Below are positions 33,570 through 47,777 of a stretch of DNA of 64,000 nucleotides, piece by piece. Below the pieces are notes generated by a model. The model ran no database searches, was not told the origin of the DNA, and worked only from the letters and a program-made list of their open reading frames with translations. Source of the stretch: Eledone cirrhosa. Lineage: Eukaryota. Numbering within the stretch: the first letter of the stretch is position 1; every line of letters starts with the position of its first letter. The DNA lies in the NCBI GenBank assembly GCA_964016885.1, contig OZ024751.1, forward strand, positions 39,060,001-39,124,000, in the 5' to 3' direction. Made by a program: the position numbers and the translations under genes.

Positions 33570-33952
33570 CATACACATATATATATACATACATACATAT
33601 ATATAATGTACATAAGTACGTATATATATACGTATATATGCATAGATATATGTATATGAATTTTGTTGGTTTTTCATCAGAATATTCCCACCCGTGTTTG
33701 GCATTCAATAAAAGGCATCTAATAGATTTTACACCTAATACTGGCAGTTTGCCTGCATATTCTTCGACGTTTAAAGACCCGTTTTGCTTCATTGTTGTAA
33801 ATTTGTAACATAAACCAGAGAAAACACATACTACATGTATATACATACATACACAAATATATATATACACATATATTTACCTATACACACAAACACTCGC
33901 ATACATATGAACATATGTATCTCTGCATGCATGTAATTACGTATTTATTCAA

Positions 33953-34007
<55 letters not shown>

Positions 34008-34088
34008 GGTACGTATGTATGTATGTATATATATGTGTGTGTGTATGTGTGTGGGTGTGGGTGTGTGTTTGTGTCGTTTGGATATATT

Positions 34089-34137
<49 letters not shown>

Positions 34138-34308
34138 ATGTATGTGTGCATGTATATTTGTATGCATGCATGTAAAACATACACAATATGAAATTACTTT
34201 TTCCTAAAGAGTTTTGACGCTAGCTCCATTTACTTATCTCATTACAGAGACACGCAGACTCACGTATATATAGATAACTATATGTATATATATATATATC
34301 TATATATT

Positions 34309-34344
<36 letters not shown>

Positions 34345-35502
34345 TGTATATATATATATTTATATATATATACTACACATATGTATATGAATTGAGAGAT
34401 AGAGAGGGATTGAGAGTGTAGGGGAATTCAGTACATTCTATTTACACGGAAAGCACGCGAAGTAACTATTTTTGAATGAACGATATACTTGTAATGTGAA
34501 TATTATAAATATACACTCATATACAGATTATACGTTCTTTTTCCGATTTGAGAGGTCCTGCAAATGTAATAGGGGTAGTCCATTTCTTACATTCTCTCCG
34601 ATCGAAATGAGGACAGTTTAGAGGATAGTTTAGTTTTAAGGGAATTCTTTTAAATAAATTCACGCATTATGATGAATACAATGCGTTCGATTAGGCTAGA
34701 TCGATGAGATCCAATATGGGCAGGACTAACAAAGATCATATCAAACTCACCCTTCTATCAGTTCAGTTGAGTTTGAAAATAGCTAACAATTTAGAGGGAT
34801 TTAATCATAGAACTATCTCTTACTTGATTAATTTGGTGTTTAAGGCGGGTGGATTTACAGAGTCGATAACATAATGCTCCAGTAAAGCTCATGAAATTGA
34901 CTAAATCATCCAAATATTTATACATACATGCAGTTATATAAATATATCTATGCATATGTATACATACATACATATTTTTATTTATATATATATATATATA
35001 TTGGAAAGTGAGGTTTTTTTTACAAAATGAAAAATAACCGAGGTGTCCTACACGAGTGAAGGTATAAAGAAAAAACGATGAAATCGAAAATGCAACTGGA
35101 ATCTTATTTAAAAATATATATATATATTTATTTGGTTCCTTTACCGGTTTCGCAGTTCTTCTGCTTTTCAAAAGTAGAGTTGAGATGGAGGGTCTGTGGA
35201 TACATTGTGTGCATGATGGATAAGTGTGGTATGTGAAGCAATGTCTAGTGTAAGGAATCATTCTCCTGTGAACCTGTCAAAGTGAGAGACCTGTCATTGA
35301 AAGGAATAATAAATGGTATTTTATGAAACGGGGGGCAGACAGACGGACAGATATGCAGGGAGTCCGGCCGTGAGGCTGTTAGAAGTAAATAGTAATGGGT
35401 TAGGATATTTTTAGAATTATATCATATATATATATATATATATAATTATATATATATAGATAGATATATAGATATACATATGAATATATATATGTATGTA
35501 TG

Positions 35503-35606
<104 letters not shown>

Positions 35607-36101
35607 TTTGTGTGGGTATGGACACTGATGTAGGGTATGTGTGCTTCTAGGTGGATCTGTATGTAGGCGTGTGTATATTGACATGTGTGCGCGTGTGTGT
35701 GTGTGCGCGCGCATGTGTGTATATATATATATATGATTATATACGAATGCTATTTGAATCTTACTGGGTCATTGGTTAACTCCAGTATTATATCACGTGG
35801 TACATCACTCTATATATCCAGTGAATGTTATGCATGATGCAATGATCTGCTAAAGTGAAATCAAGTGCAAACTACCCAATCCGGTTGTGTATTTGGTTTA
35901 GCATAACATTCGGTTGGTGGCAAGCATGTCTAACGTAATGGCATTCCATTTGTGTAGTGTGCAGCTATGCAGACCAACGGTGACAGCGGTCGTTTGAACA
36001 GCCGTGTAATTATTAGTGTCAGAGGCAGTCATAGAAACACAAGACAATATTATTCTTTGTCTCATCATAGACTGTAGAAAATATTAATAGTAATAATGAT
36101 G

Positions 36102-36208
<107 letters not shown>

Positions 36209-36526
36209 AAGAAGAAGAAGAAGACAACAACAACAACAACAACAACAACAGCAGCAGCATCAACAACAATAACAACTAAAACAACAACGACAACTAGAAC
36301 AACAGCAAGAAGAAGAATTTTCTCAGGTTTTTTTAAAGGCATTTTCTAGAACAATACTTCTTATAAACACAAAACACACAATTAGAGCACAAATACCTAT
36401 CACCGAACGAGATCCTTCCCCACATAATTTGGGACTTGTTTGCATAATTGCAAACGAATCGAATGTTATTATTAATATTCGAAAATAATATTCGAATTAA
36501 TATTCGAATTAATATTCGAAAATATA

Positions 36527-36716
36527 AGGGCGGTGGATTGGCAATATCGGTAGAGGGTCGGACGCCATGCTTTCCAGCATAGTTACGTCCCTTTACGATC
36601 TGAGTTCAAATCCCGCCGAGGTTGACTTTGCCTTTCAATCCTACGGGGTCGATAAAATAAAGTACCAGTATTGTACTGGGTAATTGCTGGCCTTGTGCCA
36701 AAAGTAGAAACAATTA
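36527..36716 (+). mobile_element. tRNA-derived SINE, family 1, with TSD
   Basis: Consensus match. attaatattcgaaaa at 36508-36522 and 36716-36730. Confidence 0.9.
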
Positions 36717-37366
36717 TTAATATTCGAAAAACTCAAATTACATTTATTGTATTCAGCTATGTAGAGCAAACATTTCCTTTATATATATATATATGTAATG
36801 TACGTATATGTATATATATATATATATATATATGGGGGGGGGGGGCGTCAGAGAAAGACATTCTAGTGTATTTCCAAGGGCTGTTTAAATAAATATACCT
36901 TAATCGAAGACAGCGGCTGTATTTACTATCATGTCCAGAGGTTAAATAACTAAATTATACCCCTTCGTTCATCACGAGAGAATCATAATCGATATCAAAT
37001 AATAATGAAATAATAAGCAAGTCCTTTATCTCCAAAAGCCATTGATTCATTCTTTCAGCTTTCATTTTATCAAATATCCACCTTCAAAGCCAACGATCCA
37101 AGGCTCGAAGCGAGCAATTCTCATGATATCGTGATAAATTCTTAAGTGACTTTAACGCTGAAACTGACCATTGGAAGTTCGTCTCAAGGCAAAAGATAAA
37201 TCGAGTCATCAAACAGCTGATTGTTACCAAAGTGTTCCTCAGGGAAATGTTTCCTCATGTGATGTCTTTAATTGTGTCCACTTGTTTCAATGTGATTAAA
37301 AATAATTACGTACTGGCAATGGAAGGTATGATATTAGTATGGTGGCAGAGAGATAGAGAGATAGAT

Positions 37367-37400
<34 letters not shown>

Positions 37401-37788
37401 GGGGAGGAAGAGAAGGGGAAGTGAGGCTGAAGTTAATGGCAAGGGAAATAAAGTAACTGAGACATAAGTATACATGAGAGAGGTAAATATGAAGAGAGGT
37501 AGATACACAGATAGAGTTATAGACATATAGATAAATAAATAAAGGCTGGGGAAGAGAGATTTTGATAAGCTGGGGTTGTGTGTGAGGTTCATATTTCTCT
37601 TCAGAAGTATTTATAGAATATATAATGGTACATAAGAATCAAACCTGAATTAGATTATTACTGAAATATGGGATAATTTAGTGCAGTTTAACTCTCATCT
37701 AGATTGTCAGATTAAGCTCAAAAAGATAAAAATACAGAGTATGTTATAATTAACTTACTAACATACTGTTAAGAAATGTGTATAATGA

Positions 37789-38008
37789 TTTTTAGTATAG
37801 GCACAAGGCCAGTAATTTGGGGGAGGAGAAAGTCGATTAGATCGACCACAGTACGTTACTGGTATTTTATTTTATCGACCTCGTAAGGAAGAAAGGCAAA
37901 GTTAAACTCGGCAGGATTTGAACTCAGAATATAAATGGAAAGGGCCGTAACACTATGAGTGAACGCATGGCGTTCGACACTTTACCGATACAGCAATCCA
38001 CCGCCCTT
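37789..38008 (-). mobile_element. SINE family 1, long variant, 16-bp TSD
   Basis: Carries an extra gtcgat...atcgac segment near the 3' end. TSD gaaatgtgtataatga at 37773-37788 and 38009-38024. Confidence 0.88.
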
Positions 38009-38641
38009 GAAATGTGTATAATGAAAACAGCCATAGTGATATTAAACATTATACCAAAAATAATACATGGGGTACTTTCTGTAAGTTCATATAGTTTATG
38101 TTGAATTTTGGAAAGATGATAATTATCAGCTTTCTTTTAATATGTCTTCTCTCTACAAACCTATAAACCACACCGACATATACTCAGGCAAACACACTCA
38201 AAATACGCAACTATATATATATATACACGTTTCGGTGACTCACTCTCTGTATGTATGTATGTATGTATGTATGTATGTATGTATGTATGTATGTATGTAT
38301 GTATTTATGTATGTAGGTAGGTATGTATGTATGTGTGCATGTGTATGCATATATGTATTAATGTATATATGTATGTATATGTGTATATGTATTAATGTAT
38401 GTATTTCACACATTCACCGATGCTGAAATTTGGGCAGTTCATGAGTGGAGTATACTAAAGATAGATATATACATAGAGAGAGAGGGGGAGAGGGAGATTG
38501 ATAGAGAGAGAGAGAAACAAAGATGAGAAGAAAGAAGGAAGGAAAGGAAGGAAGAAAAAAGAAAGGAAATAGACAAAAACCAAAGAAATAAAGTTGAGAG
38601 AAACAAAGGAGGAAATATCTATCTATGTAAGGGTGCATGTA

Positions 38642-38735
<94 letters not shown>

Positions 38736-38779
38736 TGTGTATATATATATAATATATATATATTATATATATTTATTAT

Positions 38780-38813
<34 letters not shown>

Positions 38814-38928
38814 ATATATATATACATATACATATACATATATATATATACATATATGTATATATATGTATATATATATATATATAGAGAGAGATGTGTG
38901 GTTGTATGCGTTTGTATATATAGGTATA

Positions 38929-38966
<38 letters not shown>

Positions 38967-39376
38967 TATACACATATATATGTATATATGTATATATATA
39001 TATATATATATGTGTCAGTCTTTATATACGTATGTACGTATATAAGTATGCCTGTTCGTATGTGTTCTTATGTGTCTGTGGATGTATGTGTAGTGCGAAT
39101 GCAAAGTGGATAAAACAATAGAGATCTGAATGTATATAGTAGAATGGACGGTCTGTGTTGTTTTGGGCAGCTTTTGTCGCCATTTCTATAGAAATTATTT
39201 TACCTTTTTGCTTCAAAACACAATGAAAGAATATTGAGAAGAATGTTTTGTTAATATTTAGATTAAAATATGAAATAATATAGAAAACTTGCGAAATAAG
39301 AAAAGGAAATGAAACTAAATAAAAAAAAATTAAAAAATGATAAGTGAAATGAAATTAAATAGAAATAATAATAATG

Positions 39377-39458
<82 letters not shown>

Positions 39459-39556
39459 TAGTGAAAATATTGATAATGCTTTCTTTATTAACCACAAGGG
39501 TTTACACAAAGATATTGTTAGTAAAGGTTAATGATGATGATGACGATGATGATGAC

Positions 39557-39618
<62 letters not shown>

Positions 39619-39720
39619 GATTGTAATTGAAATAATGAGAATAAAAATAATAATAATGAACATGAGAAAACTTAAAAAGATAAAGAGAAATGTATAAAGG
39701 CTTAATGTAACCTCGAAGTG

Positions 39721-39774
<54 letters not shown>

Positions 39775-39861
39775 GTGTGTGTTTGTGTGTTTTTATATAA
39801 TGCGTACAAGGTATGTATGTATCTAGTGTTACACATACACATATATACATATTTAAATATA

Positions 39862-39894
<33 letters not shown>

Positions 39895-39992
39895 GCATAC
39901 ATATATGTATATAGATATATATATATACTTATTTACATAAATATATATATATTTATATATAAATATTTATATATATATATGTATATATTTAT

Positions 39993-40056
<64 letters not shown>

Positions 40057-40061
<5 letters not shown>

Positions 40062-40271
40062 TAATATAGAAAATCTTCTACAGGACTAGAACTTTCTTGA
40101 GAAATCATCAGTAAGTTGAGTGTCCAAGTAAACAGTCAGCTTCCTGATGATTTCTCACGAATTAAACATGTCTAGTCCTGTAGAAGCTTTTCTATATTAA
40201 ACATTTATACTCTGCTATGTATTCAGTACCTTATTTACTGTGGTTACCGCCGATTGAACCCGGAATAACTT
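40057..40271 (+). mobile_element. Family-B hairpin+tail element with two head-to-head decayed hammerhead cores
   Basis: Arms ~40057-40119 and 40136-40204. CTGATGA on both strands (40144-40150 plus; 40105-40111 minus). Tail 40205-40271. (TA)n on both sides. Confidence 0.7.
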
Positions 40272-41140
40272 ATATATATATATATACATATATTTATATA
40301 TATATATATATGTATGTATATCTTTGTACACTCACACACATATGCTTATTTATTTATATATAGGTGTATGTATACACACTCACACATACATACATGTACC
40401 ACATACATACGTAGATATACTCATAGTTTCCAGACAAATTGATTTTAATGAAACAGAATTGAGGATCAGATGCTTAGAGAATTTCAAATATTTCCAAACA
40501 TTTTCCAAACATTTTCCAAACATTTTTCAAACATATTTTTCATTGAAATATATTTTTACGAACACATTCAACACCTATACACATACTCACCAGGAAACAA
40601 TCAGTTCACAGACACACAAATACAGACACATATCACACACAATACACACACAACACACAATAGGAAAAACACAAACAGAAACCACAAAACAAAATTTTAC
40701 TTAAGTTTTAATGCATTCATACCTCATTGTGTTCTCACTGTTTTAAATGTTAAGCACATGTGTGAAAAAAATGGCTGGTCATAACCTTTATTCTGTCCTA
40801 TACTGTTTTACCATAAACAAATTAACAAGATTGACAAAACACAGATAGTTTTTTTCTTCTTTTTCATTTGATGCTCGTTTATCAATAGATTCTGTTTGTT
40901 GTCTATTGTTTTAGTTTGGTTTTCACTTCCTCTCTCTATCCTGCCTTTGTTTTCATTTCTTTTACGTTGGTTTTCTAATATTTGTTTCTTCATATGGACA
41001 AAATGGCTGTACTACAATAGCGACGCTGTATTAGGATTGACGAATTCCTCTCAGTGTTCGCAAAGTAAGGTATAAATAGTTCACGGTTCCTATTAAATTA
41101 TAAAAGATTAAGTACATTGTTAAATGTATTTACACATGTA

Positions 41141-41277
<137 letters not shown>

Positions 41278-41376
41278 TCAGGTTTGAGGTTCACCACTGT
41301 ATAGAGCTGGTCTATTCCGGTCCTCGATTTTCAGCCCCATGGATTTTATCTATTATATTCACGTATTATATTTCGA

Positions 41377-41434
41377 ATATCTGATTATATCACCGGATTC
41401 ATACGGAACCCGGTCATTGAAATGATCATAGTAT
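41377..41434 (+). ncRNA. Decayed type-I hammerhead ribozyme (Penelope-like terminus)
   Basis: atat-CTGATtA-[stem II accgg/ccggt, ttc/gaa]-GAAA-tgatca-TA-gtat, then AATAAA at 41435, a ~45-nt tail and (TA)n. G8 is substituted. Confidence 0.55.
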
Positions 41435-41484
41435 AATAAACCTTTCAAGGATTTACACAAATCCAGCCTCCTGTCATTTCATTA

Positions 41485-41556
<72 letters not shown>

Positions 41557-42302
41557 CATATATATACATACATATCAATATTTAAGGTATGTAAATATGC
41601 AAGAAAATACGAATTTCCATGTCTATTGAAAAAATGTACGTGGTTTCTAAGAAAGATTTGTGCTGAGAATGACGATGATGTGTGCTGCTTCATTAGACAC
41701 AAACGCGGAGTCTTTACCTCATCGGCAGACCTGATAGAAATAGCAACCAAATCTTCCTCAAAGTATACGCTTGTGCACGGCCTATTGTGTAATGTGTAAT
41801 GCAGTTATAGATATATTCTTTGAATATAAGATAGGTAGAGTCAAAAGTGGCTTGTATGTGTGTATGTGTGTATCCATGTGTGCGGACTCGCGTGTGTGTA
41901 TGTCTGCGTATGCCTCACGGTTGTTGTTACACAATGACTAAAAGTAAATTATATATCATGTTCAGTATGAAGATTTTGAAGTTTGCACTCAATGACACAC
42001 CAAGTGTTCTTGTATTACCACCAGAGGGATTTGGCAATCACCTCGAATTAGAATCAAATGTACGGTTCTTTTTATTGGTTTTATAAATATAGTAAACCAC
42101 TGAGTTTCAGAAGACCTGTTGAATGTTTGTATTGAGATAGAATACACGAAGAGATAATATAGTATATCCTATCATATAATAATATAATATAGTATAATCT
42201 AATATAGTAAAATATAATATAATATAATATAATAATGTAATATAGTATAATATAATATAATAATATAATATAGTATAATATATAATATATCCTATCATAT
42301 AA

Positions 42303-42446
42303 TAATTGTTTCTACTTTAGGCACAAGGCCAGCAAATAACCAGTGCATTACTGGTACTTTTATTTTTATCGACCCCGTAAGGATGAAAGGCAAAGTCAAC
42401 CTCGGCGGAATTTGAACTCAGATCGTAAAGGGACGTAACCATGCTG
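42303..42446 (-). mobile_element. SINE family 1, 5'-truncated, 19-bp TSD, inside an (AATAT)n tract
   Basis: TSD tatcctatcatataataat at 42288-42306 and 42447-42465. Confidence 0.9.
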
Positions 42447-43087
42447 TATCCTATCATATAATAATGTAATATAATATAATAAAATATAGTATAATATAAT
42501 AATATAATATGGTATAATATAATATAATATAACAATATAATATAGTAAAATATAATATAATATAATATAACATAACATAATATAATCTAATATAATACAA
42601 TATAATATATAGTATACGAAAATAGGAAGAATGAAAGAAAAACAAAACTAATGGTAGAGTAAAAGAGGGGAAAAAGGGAGATAATAAAGAAATGAAGTGT
42701 ATTAAAGAACCAAGAAAGGAAAATGGGAACGATTAGATCAACCAAAATAAAGAATAAAGAAAAAGCAAAGAAAGAACAAATGGATATATAAAAGAATAAA
42801 AAAGAAAGAAGAAATGGAAAATTAAAGAAATAAAAACTGATTCAAAGGATTGAATACATAAATAGATAAACTGTATATAAACATAAAGTAAACGGATGTT
42901 ATTTAACCCTTGCTCAGACCTGATAAAGTATATTCCTTTTTGAATCTTTATGTTTTTATGTAATGTTTAAATTACCCTCAATAAAGTTGGTTCAATTTGT
43001 TAAGTCGGTGAATTGGGAATTGAAGAAATATAGCCGCTATTTCCGTTGGCTCAAACGAGAAAGAGAAAATAGAGAACTAGAGAGAGA

Positions 43088-43692
43088 AGGCTCAATCTTT
43101 GACTCAAATGAGAGACTGTGAGAGAGACAGAGGCTCAGTTCTGACTCAAATGAGAGGTTGTAAGAAAGAGAGAGAGAGATAAGCTCAGTGTTTGACTAAA
43201 GTGATAGACTGTGAGAGATAGAGAGGCTCAATATTTGACTCAAATGAGAAACTGTGAGAGAGAGGCTCAGTTTTGACTCAAATGAGAGACTGTCAGAGAG
43301 AGAGGGAGGCCCAGTCTTTGACTCAAATGAGAGACTGTGACAGAGAGAGAGAGAGGCTCAGTCTTTGACTCAAATGAGAGATTGTGACAGAGAGAGAGAG
43401 AGAGAGACTCAGTCTTTGACTCAAGTGATAGACTGTAAGAGAGAGAGAGGCTCAGTCTTTGACTCAAGTGATAGACTGTAAGAGAGAGAGCGAAGTTTTG
43501 ACTCAAATGAGAGACTGTAAGAGAGAGAGAGGCTCAGTCTTTGACTCAAGTGATAGACTGTAAGAGAGAGAGCGAAGTTTTGACTCAAATGAGAGACTGT
43601 AAGAGAGAGAGGGAGGCCCAGTCTTTGACTCAAATGAGAGACTGTGACAGAGAGAGAGAGAGGCTCAGTCTTTGACTCAAATGAGAGATTGT

Positions 43693-43740
<48 letters not shown>

Positions 43741-43848
43741 CTCAGTCTTTGACTCAAGTGATAGACTGTAAGAGAAAGAGAGGCTCAGTCTTTGACTCAA
43801 GTGATAGACTGTAAGAGAGAGAGCGAAGTTTTGACTCAAATGAGAGAC

Positions 43849-43906
<58 letters not shown>

Positions 43907-43945
43907 TCAGTCTTTGACTCAAATGAGAGACTGTAAGAGAGAGAG
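43088..43945. repeat. ~40-bp minisatellite (ggctcagtctttgactcaaatgagagactgt + (AG)n), about 20 units
   Basis: Read directly. Variants caaatgaga and caagtgata recur in a higher-order pattern. Confidence 0.92.
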
Positions 43946-44636
43946 AGGGGGGGGGATAGCAAATATGGTAAATTAAATAAGAGAAGTAGGAAGAGACATA
44001 ATGAATAATTGGACATATAGGACCCCAAAACATTCCTGGCCGTATTTCTAATGAGATAGTCCTTTAATCAAGTTTCTTGAGATTTACTAAAGAATTTCTT
44101 CAGTATCAAATTGGTGTCTGTAACATAATGTTCTTATATACAACGAAGCGAGAAGGATTTATTTGCAAAAGAAACCATTTAAAATGGATAGATTTCATTC
44201 ATATAAACATCGGCAGTTTGGGGCAGGTAGATACCAACAGATTTAAGCTGATAAATGAGACGAAAAACGGAGCGTCAGATACAGTTATTTAAAGCGGGGG
44301 CGACAGACGTGAAAAGGAAGACTTTAATTTCATTTGAAAGAAGTTTACATGATATATAAACACCATGTTAACTGAGTTCTAAAATGAAGGAGTTGGAGGG
44401 TCGTATTTGGGTGACCGCTTTTAGTGAGGTCATCTGGGTAGGAAACGAGCAACGTACATAACAACATATCAGCTAAAACAATTTATGTCCAATTACAAAA
44501 TAGAGAGAGGGGGTAAACATAGCGGATGAGAGAGTGGGGGAGGAAGATACAGGTTGAGAGAGAGGGGGGGGGAGAGATATAATATATATATATATATGTC
44601 TGTGTGTGTGTGTGTGTGTATATATATGTGTGTGTG

Positions 44637-44760
<124 letters not shown>

Positions 44761-45099
44761 GAGAGAGAAGGAGACAGAGAGAGACGAAAATGTTATAATA
44801 AAGAATATAACAAGGTTTACTGATAACATCTGGTGGGCGCAGAAAGGAAAACGAAATGTGAATGGGTGACAGGTGTGGTTTTTACGTGTGTGCGTTGGTG
44901 GGTGTTTGGTGGTGTGTTCGGTGGTGCGTTGGTGGGTGTTTGGTGGTGTGTTTCTGGAAGACAGAGTGATGGGGATAGGAAGGGAGAGTAAAAGTGAAAT
45001 AGTCAGATGGCTTCATATAGATAAGTATTTTGTTTTATTTATTAATTCTTTACTTGCAGCAGTTACCCAGTTAAGATATGTACTGCACATGTATATGCA

Positions 45100-45132
<33 letters not shown>

Positions 45133-45193
45133 CATATATTGTGTGCGTGTGTGTGTATGTAACTCTCCAACTTCTCTCTTTCTCTCTCTCTCT

Positions 45194-45245
<52 letters not shown>

Positions 45246-45395
45246 GCAAATATACATAAATTACATATATACACTCCACATATACCAGAAAATACTGTAA
45301 GTGGTAGAATATACAAGTTAATATTTAACAAAAGACATCTATTTGTATATACGCTACAATTTATGTAGATGTTATGTAGAGACAGTTGGGAGGGA

Positions 45396-45628
45396 TAGAT
45401 ATAGAGAGGGGGAGAGTTTGGTGGTAATTAATATAGAGAGGAAGGTTGGGAGAGTGTGTTGTATATTAGATATAGAGAGGGGGAGAGTTTGGTGGTAATT
45501 GATATAGAGAGGAAGTGTAGGAGAGTGTGTTGTATATTAGATATAGAGAGGGGGGAGAGTTTGGTGGTAATTGATATAGAGAGGAAGTGTAGGAGAGTGT
45601 GTTGTATATTAGATATATAGAGAGGGGG
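45396..45628. repeat. ~71-bp tandem repeat x3.3
   Basis: tagatatagagagggggagagtttggtggtaatt...gtgtgttgtatat starts at about 45396, 45467 and 45538. Confidence 0.88.
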
Positions 45629-45769
45629 ATTGGAAGATACCTTGATCCTCATTTTTTTACCCCAACTTTTCAGTCATAATTTATCTTTCTATCAGTTTTA
45701 CGATCGAGGAAAACAACGTGTACAAAGTCTGAAGAGACAAATCAAAACAACCTCAGTTACCACCTTTTA

Positions 45770-45867
45770 TTTTAATGTGGGCTCCAATGTAAATTAGCAC
45801 TTGCGGCCCCCTGTTGATGAGCCATCTCTCATGCGGTCCGCTTCTCGAAAAAGGTTGCCCATGCCTG
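45770..45867. mobile_element. hAT (Charlie-type) DNA transposon terminal fragment
   Basis: Ends with aaaaggttgcccatgcctg (reverse complement caggcatgggcaacctttt, a typical hAT TIR), with subterminal tgcggccc/tgcggtcc motifs. The other TIR was not found. Confidence 0.55.
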
Positions 45868-46002
45868 GATTATAGTATATATAGCAAATACTTATGTACT
45901 AGGATTAATATGATTGTCTGCTTGGTTTCAAGTTGGTCCCATATCATGATGGAAATGTAGCAAACTTCTGATTTAAACCAGTAAAACAAAGCAAGAATAA
46001 TG

Positions 46003-46214
46003 GTTTCTTATATAGGCACAAAGCCAGCCATTTTGGAGGAGGGGAGTCGATTAAATCGACCCCTGTATGTGACTGGTACTTTATTCTATCGACCCCGTAA
46101 AGATGAAAGACAAAGTTAACCTCGGCGGGATTTGAACTCAGAACGTAAAGGCACGTAATTATGCGGCGAGGCATGTTACCCGACACTCTACAAATACTGC
46201 CAATCCGCTGCCCT
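46003..46214 (-). mobile_element. SINE family 1, long variant, 12-bp TSD
   Basis: TSD gcaagaataatg at 45991-46002 and 46219-46230. Confidence 0.88.
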
Positions 46215-47051
46215 AAATGCAAGAATAATGAATATCTTAAATCTGAAATGAAACCGATTTCTAAACTCCACATCAAGAAGCTAACCTGGAGCTCAATAGT
46301 AATTGCCCAGTAACTGATAAATCATTGATTTGTGTCATAGAAATATACAAAGGCATGGTGCAATCATAAAAGCATTATTCAAATTTCGTTAACTACCAGG
46401 AGATTAATGCTCGGCATAAGTGTCATTTGGCTAATTAATGCAATAAATGATGTTTTTTTTTTCATTTATGTTTGTTTTTTGTTGTACTCTGTTTCTCTTT
46501 TTCTTAAGTAAACCGCTTAAAGATAATTCCCACGGGGGCCAATAAAACAATATTTAATTAATTGAACTATTTAGAGTGGAACGTATACTATACATATATC
46601 AATAATATTAAATAGCAATAATTCATTAAGACGAATAAAATCAACAACAACAACAATAACAACAACAAATATCGTATCCCCATGAGTCCGTTTAATAAAT
46701 ACAAATCCTAATTAAGAAATGCAATATTATTAGGAAAAGAAAACAATATAAACAAATAAAATAAAACAAAGACAAACACTACAAAAACACACATTACAAT
46801 AACATTAATAACAGTATTGACGTCGATAGAATATATATGGAATATGGAGACAAAATTTAATTAGAATTTTAATAAAAAAAAATGTCTCCTGCATGTTGGA
46901 CGTTTTGAAGGATACGGAGAAAATATTGCTAGGAATAAAGAAATATAATTCAGAAAGTGAGGGTAAATGTCAAATGTTTGAAGTTCTTAATTCATTAGCA
47001 GGTCAGATAATGTTGGAAATTCTGTATTAAAAAAACAAAATATTATTATTA

Positions 47052-47190
47052 TACGGCCCTTGCCATTCTGAGTTCAAATCCCGCCGAGGTTAACTTTGCC
47101 TTTCATACTTACGGGGTCGATAAAATAAAGTACCAGTGATGCACTGGGTAATTGCTGACCTTGTGCCAAACGTAGAAACAATTATTATTA
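47052..47190 (+). mobile_element. SINE family 1, 5'-truncated, followed by an older SINE head (47198-47317)
   Basis: Consensus match. Confidence 0.85.
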
Positions 47191-47554
47191 TGTTTCTAAG
47201 GGTGGTGGATTGCTACTATTGGTAAAGCGTTGGACAGTATGCTTCGCGGCATAGAGGTATGTCCCTTTACATTCTGAGTTTAAATCTCACCGTTGTTAGA
47301 TTTGCCGTTCATCGTACATTGAACACACAAGAGTGTGAGAGGGAGATTCTTCTTATGATCGCGTGAGTGCGCAAAATCTCCAGTGTAACAATGGCCACCA
47401 TTTAGCCATAATAAATGAATATCTAAATCTATTTTAGTATTGCGTACTCATTTCCACATCTCTGTCTTCGGTATTTTAAATCTGACGGAGCCCATCCCCG
47501 ATCCATGTCTGAACACACATGATTTAATTTCCAGAGAAAGTGAGAAAGGGGCCA

Positions 47555-47586
<32 letters not shown>

Positions 47587-47590
<4 letters not shown>

Positions 47591-47777
47591 TTGTTTCTAC
47601 TTTTTGGCACAAGGCCAGCAATTACCCAGTGTATTTCTGGTACTTTATTTTATCGACCCCGTAAGGATGAAAGGCAAAGTTAACCTCGGCGGGATTTGAA
47701 CTCATAATGGAAAAGGCCGTAACTCTTTGCGTCAAAGCATGGCGTCCGACTCTCTACCGATACTGCCAATCCACCAC
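47587..47777 (-). mobile_element. tRNA-derived SINE, family 1
   Basis: Consensus match. Confidence 0.9.

Noticed and set aside
33660-33700. CTGATGA on the minus strand as a hammerhead
   Set aside because: No stem II or downstream GAAA-stem III arrangement.
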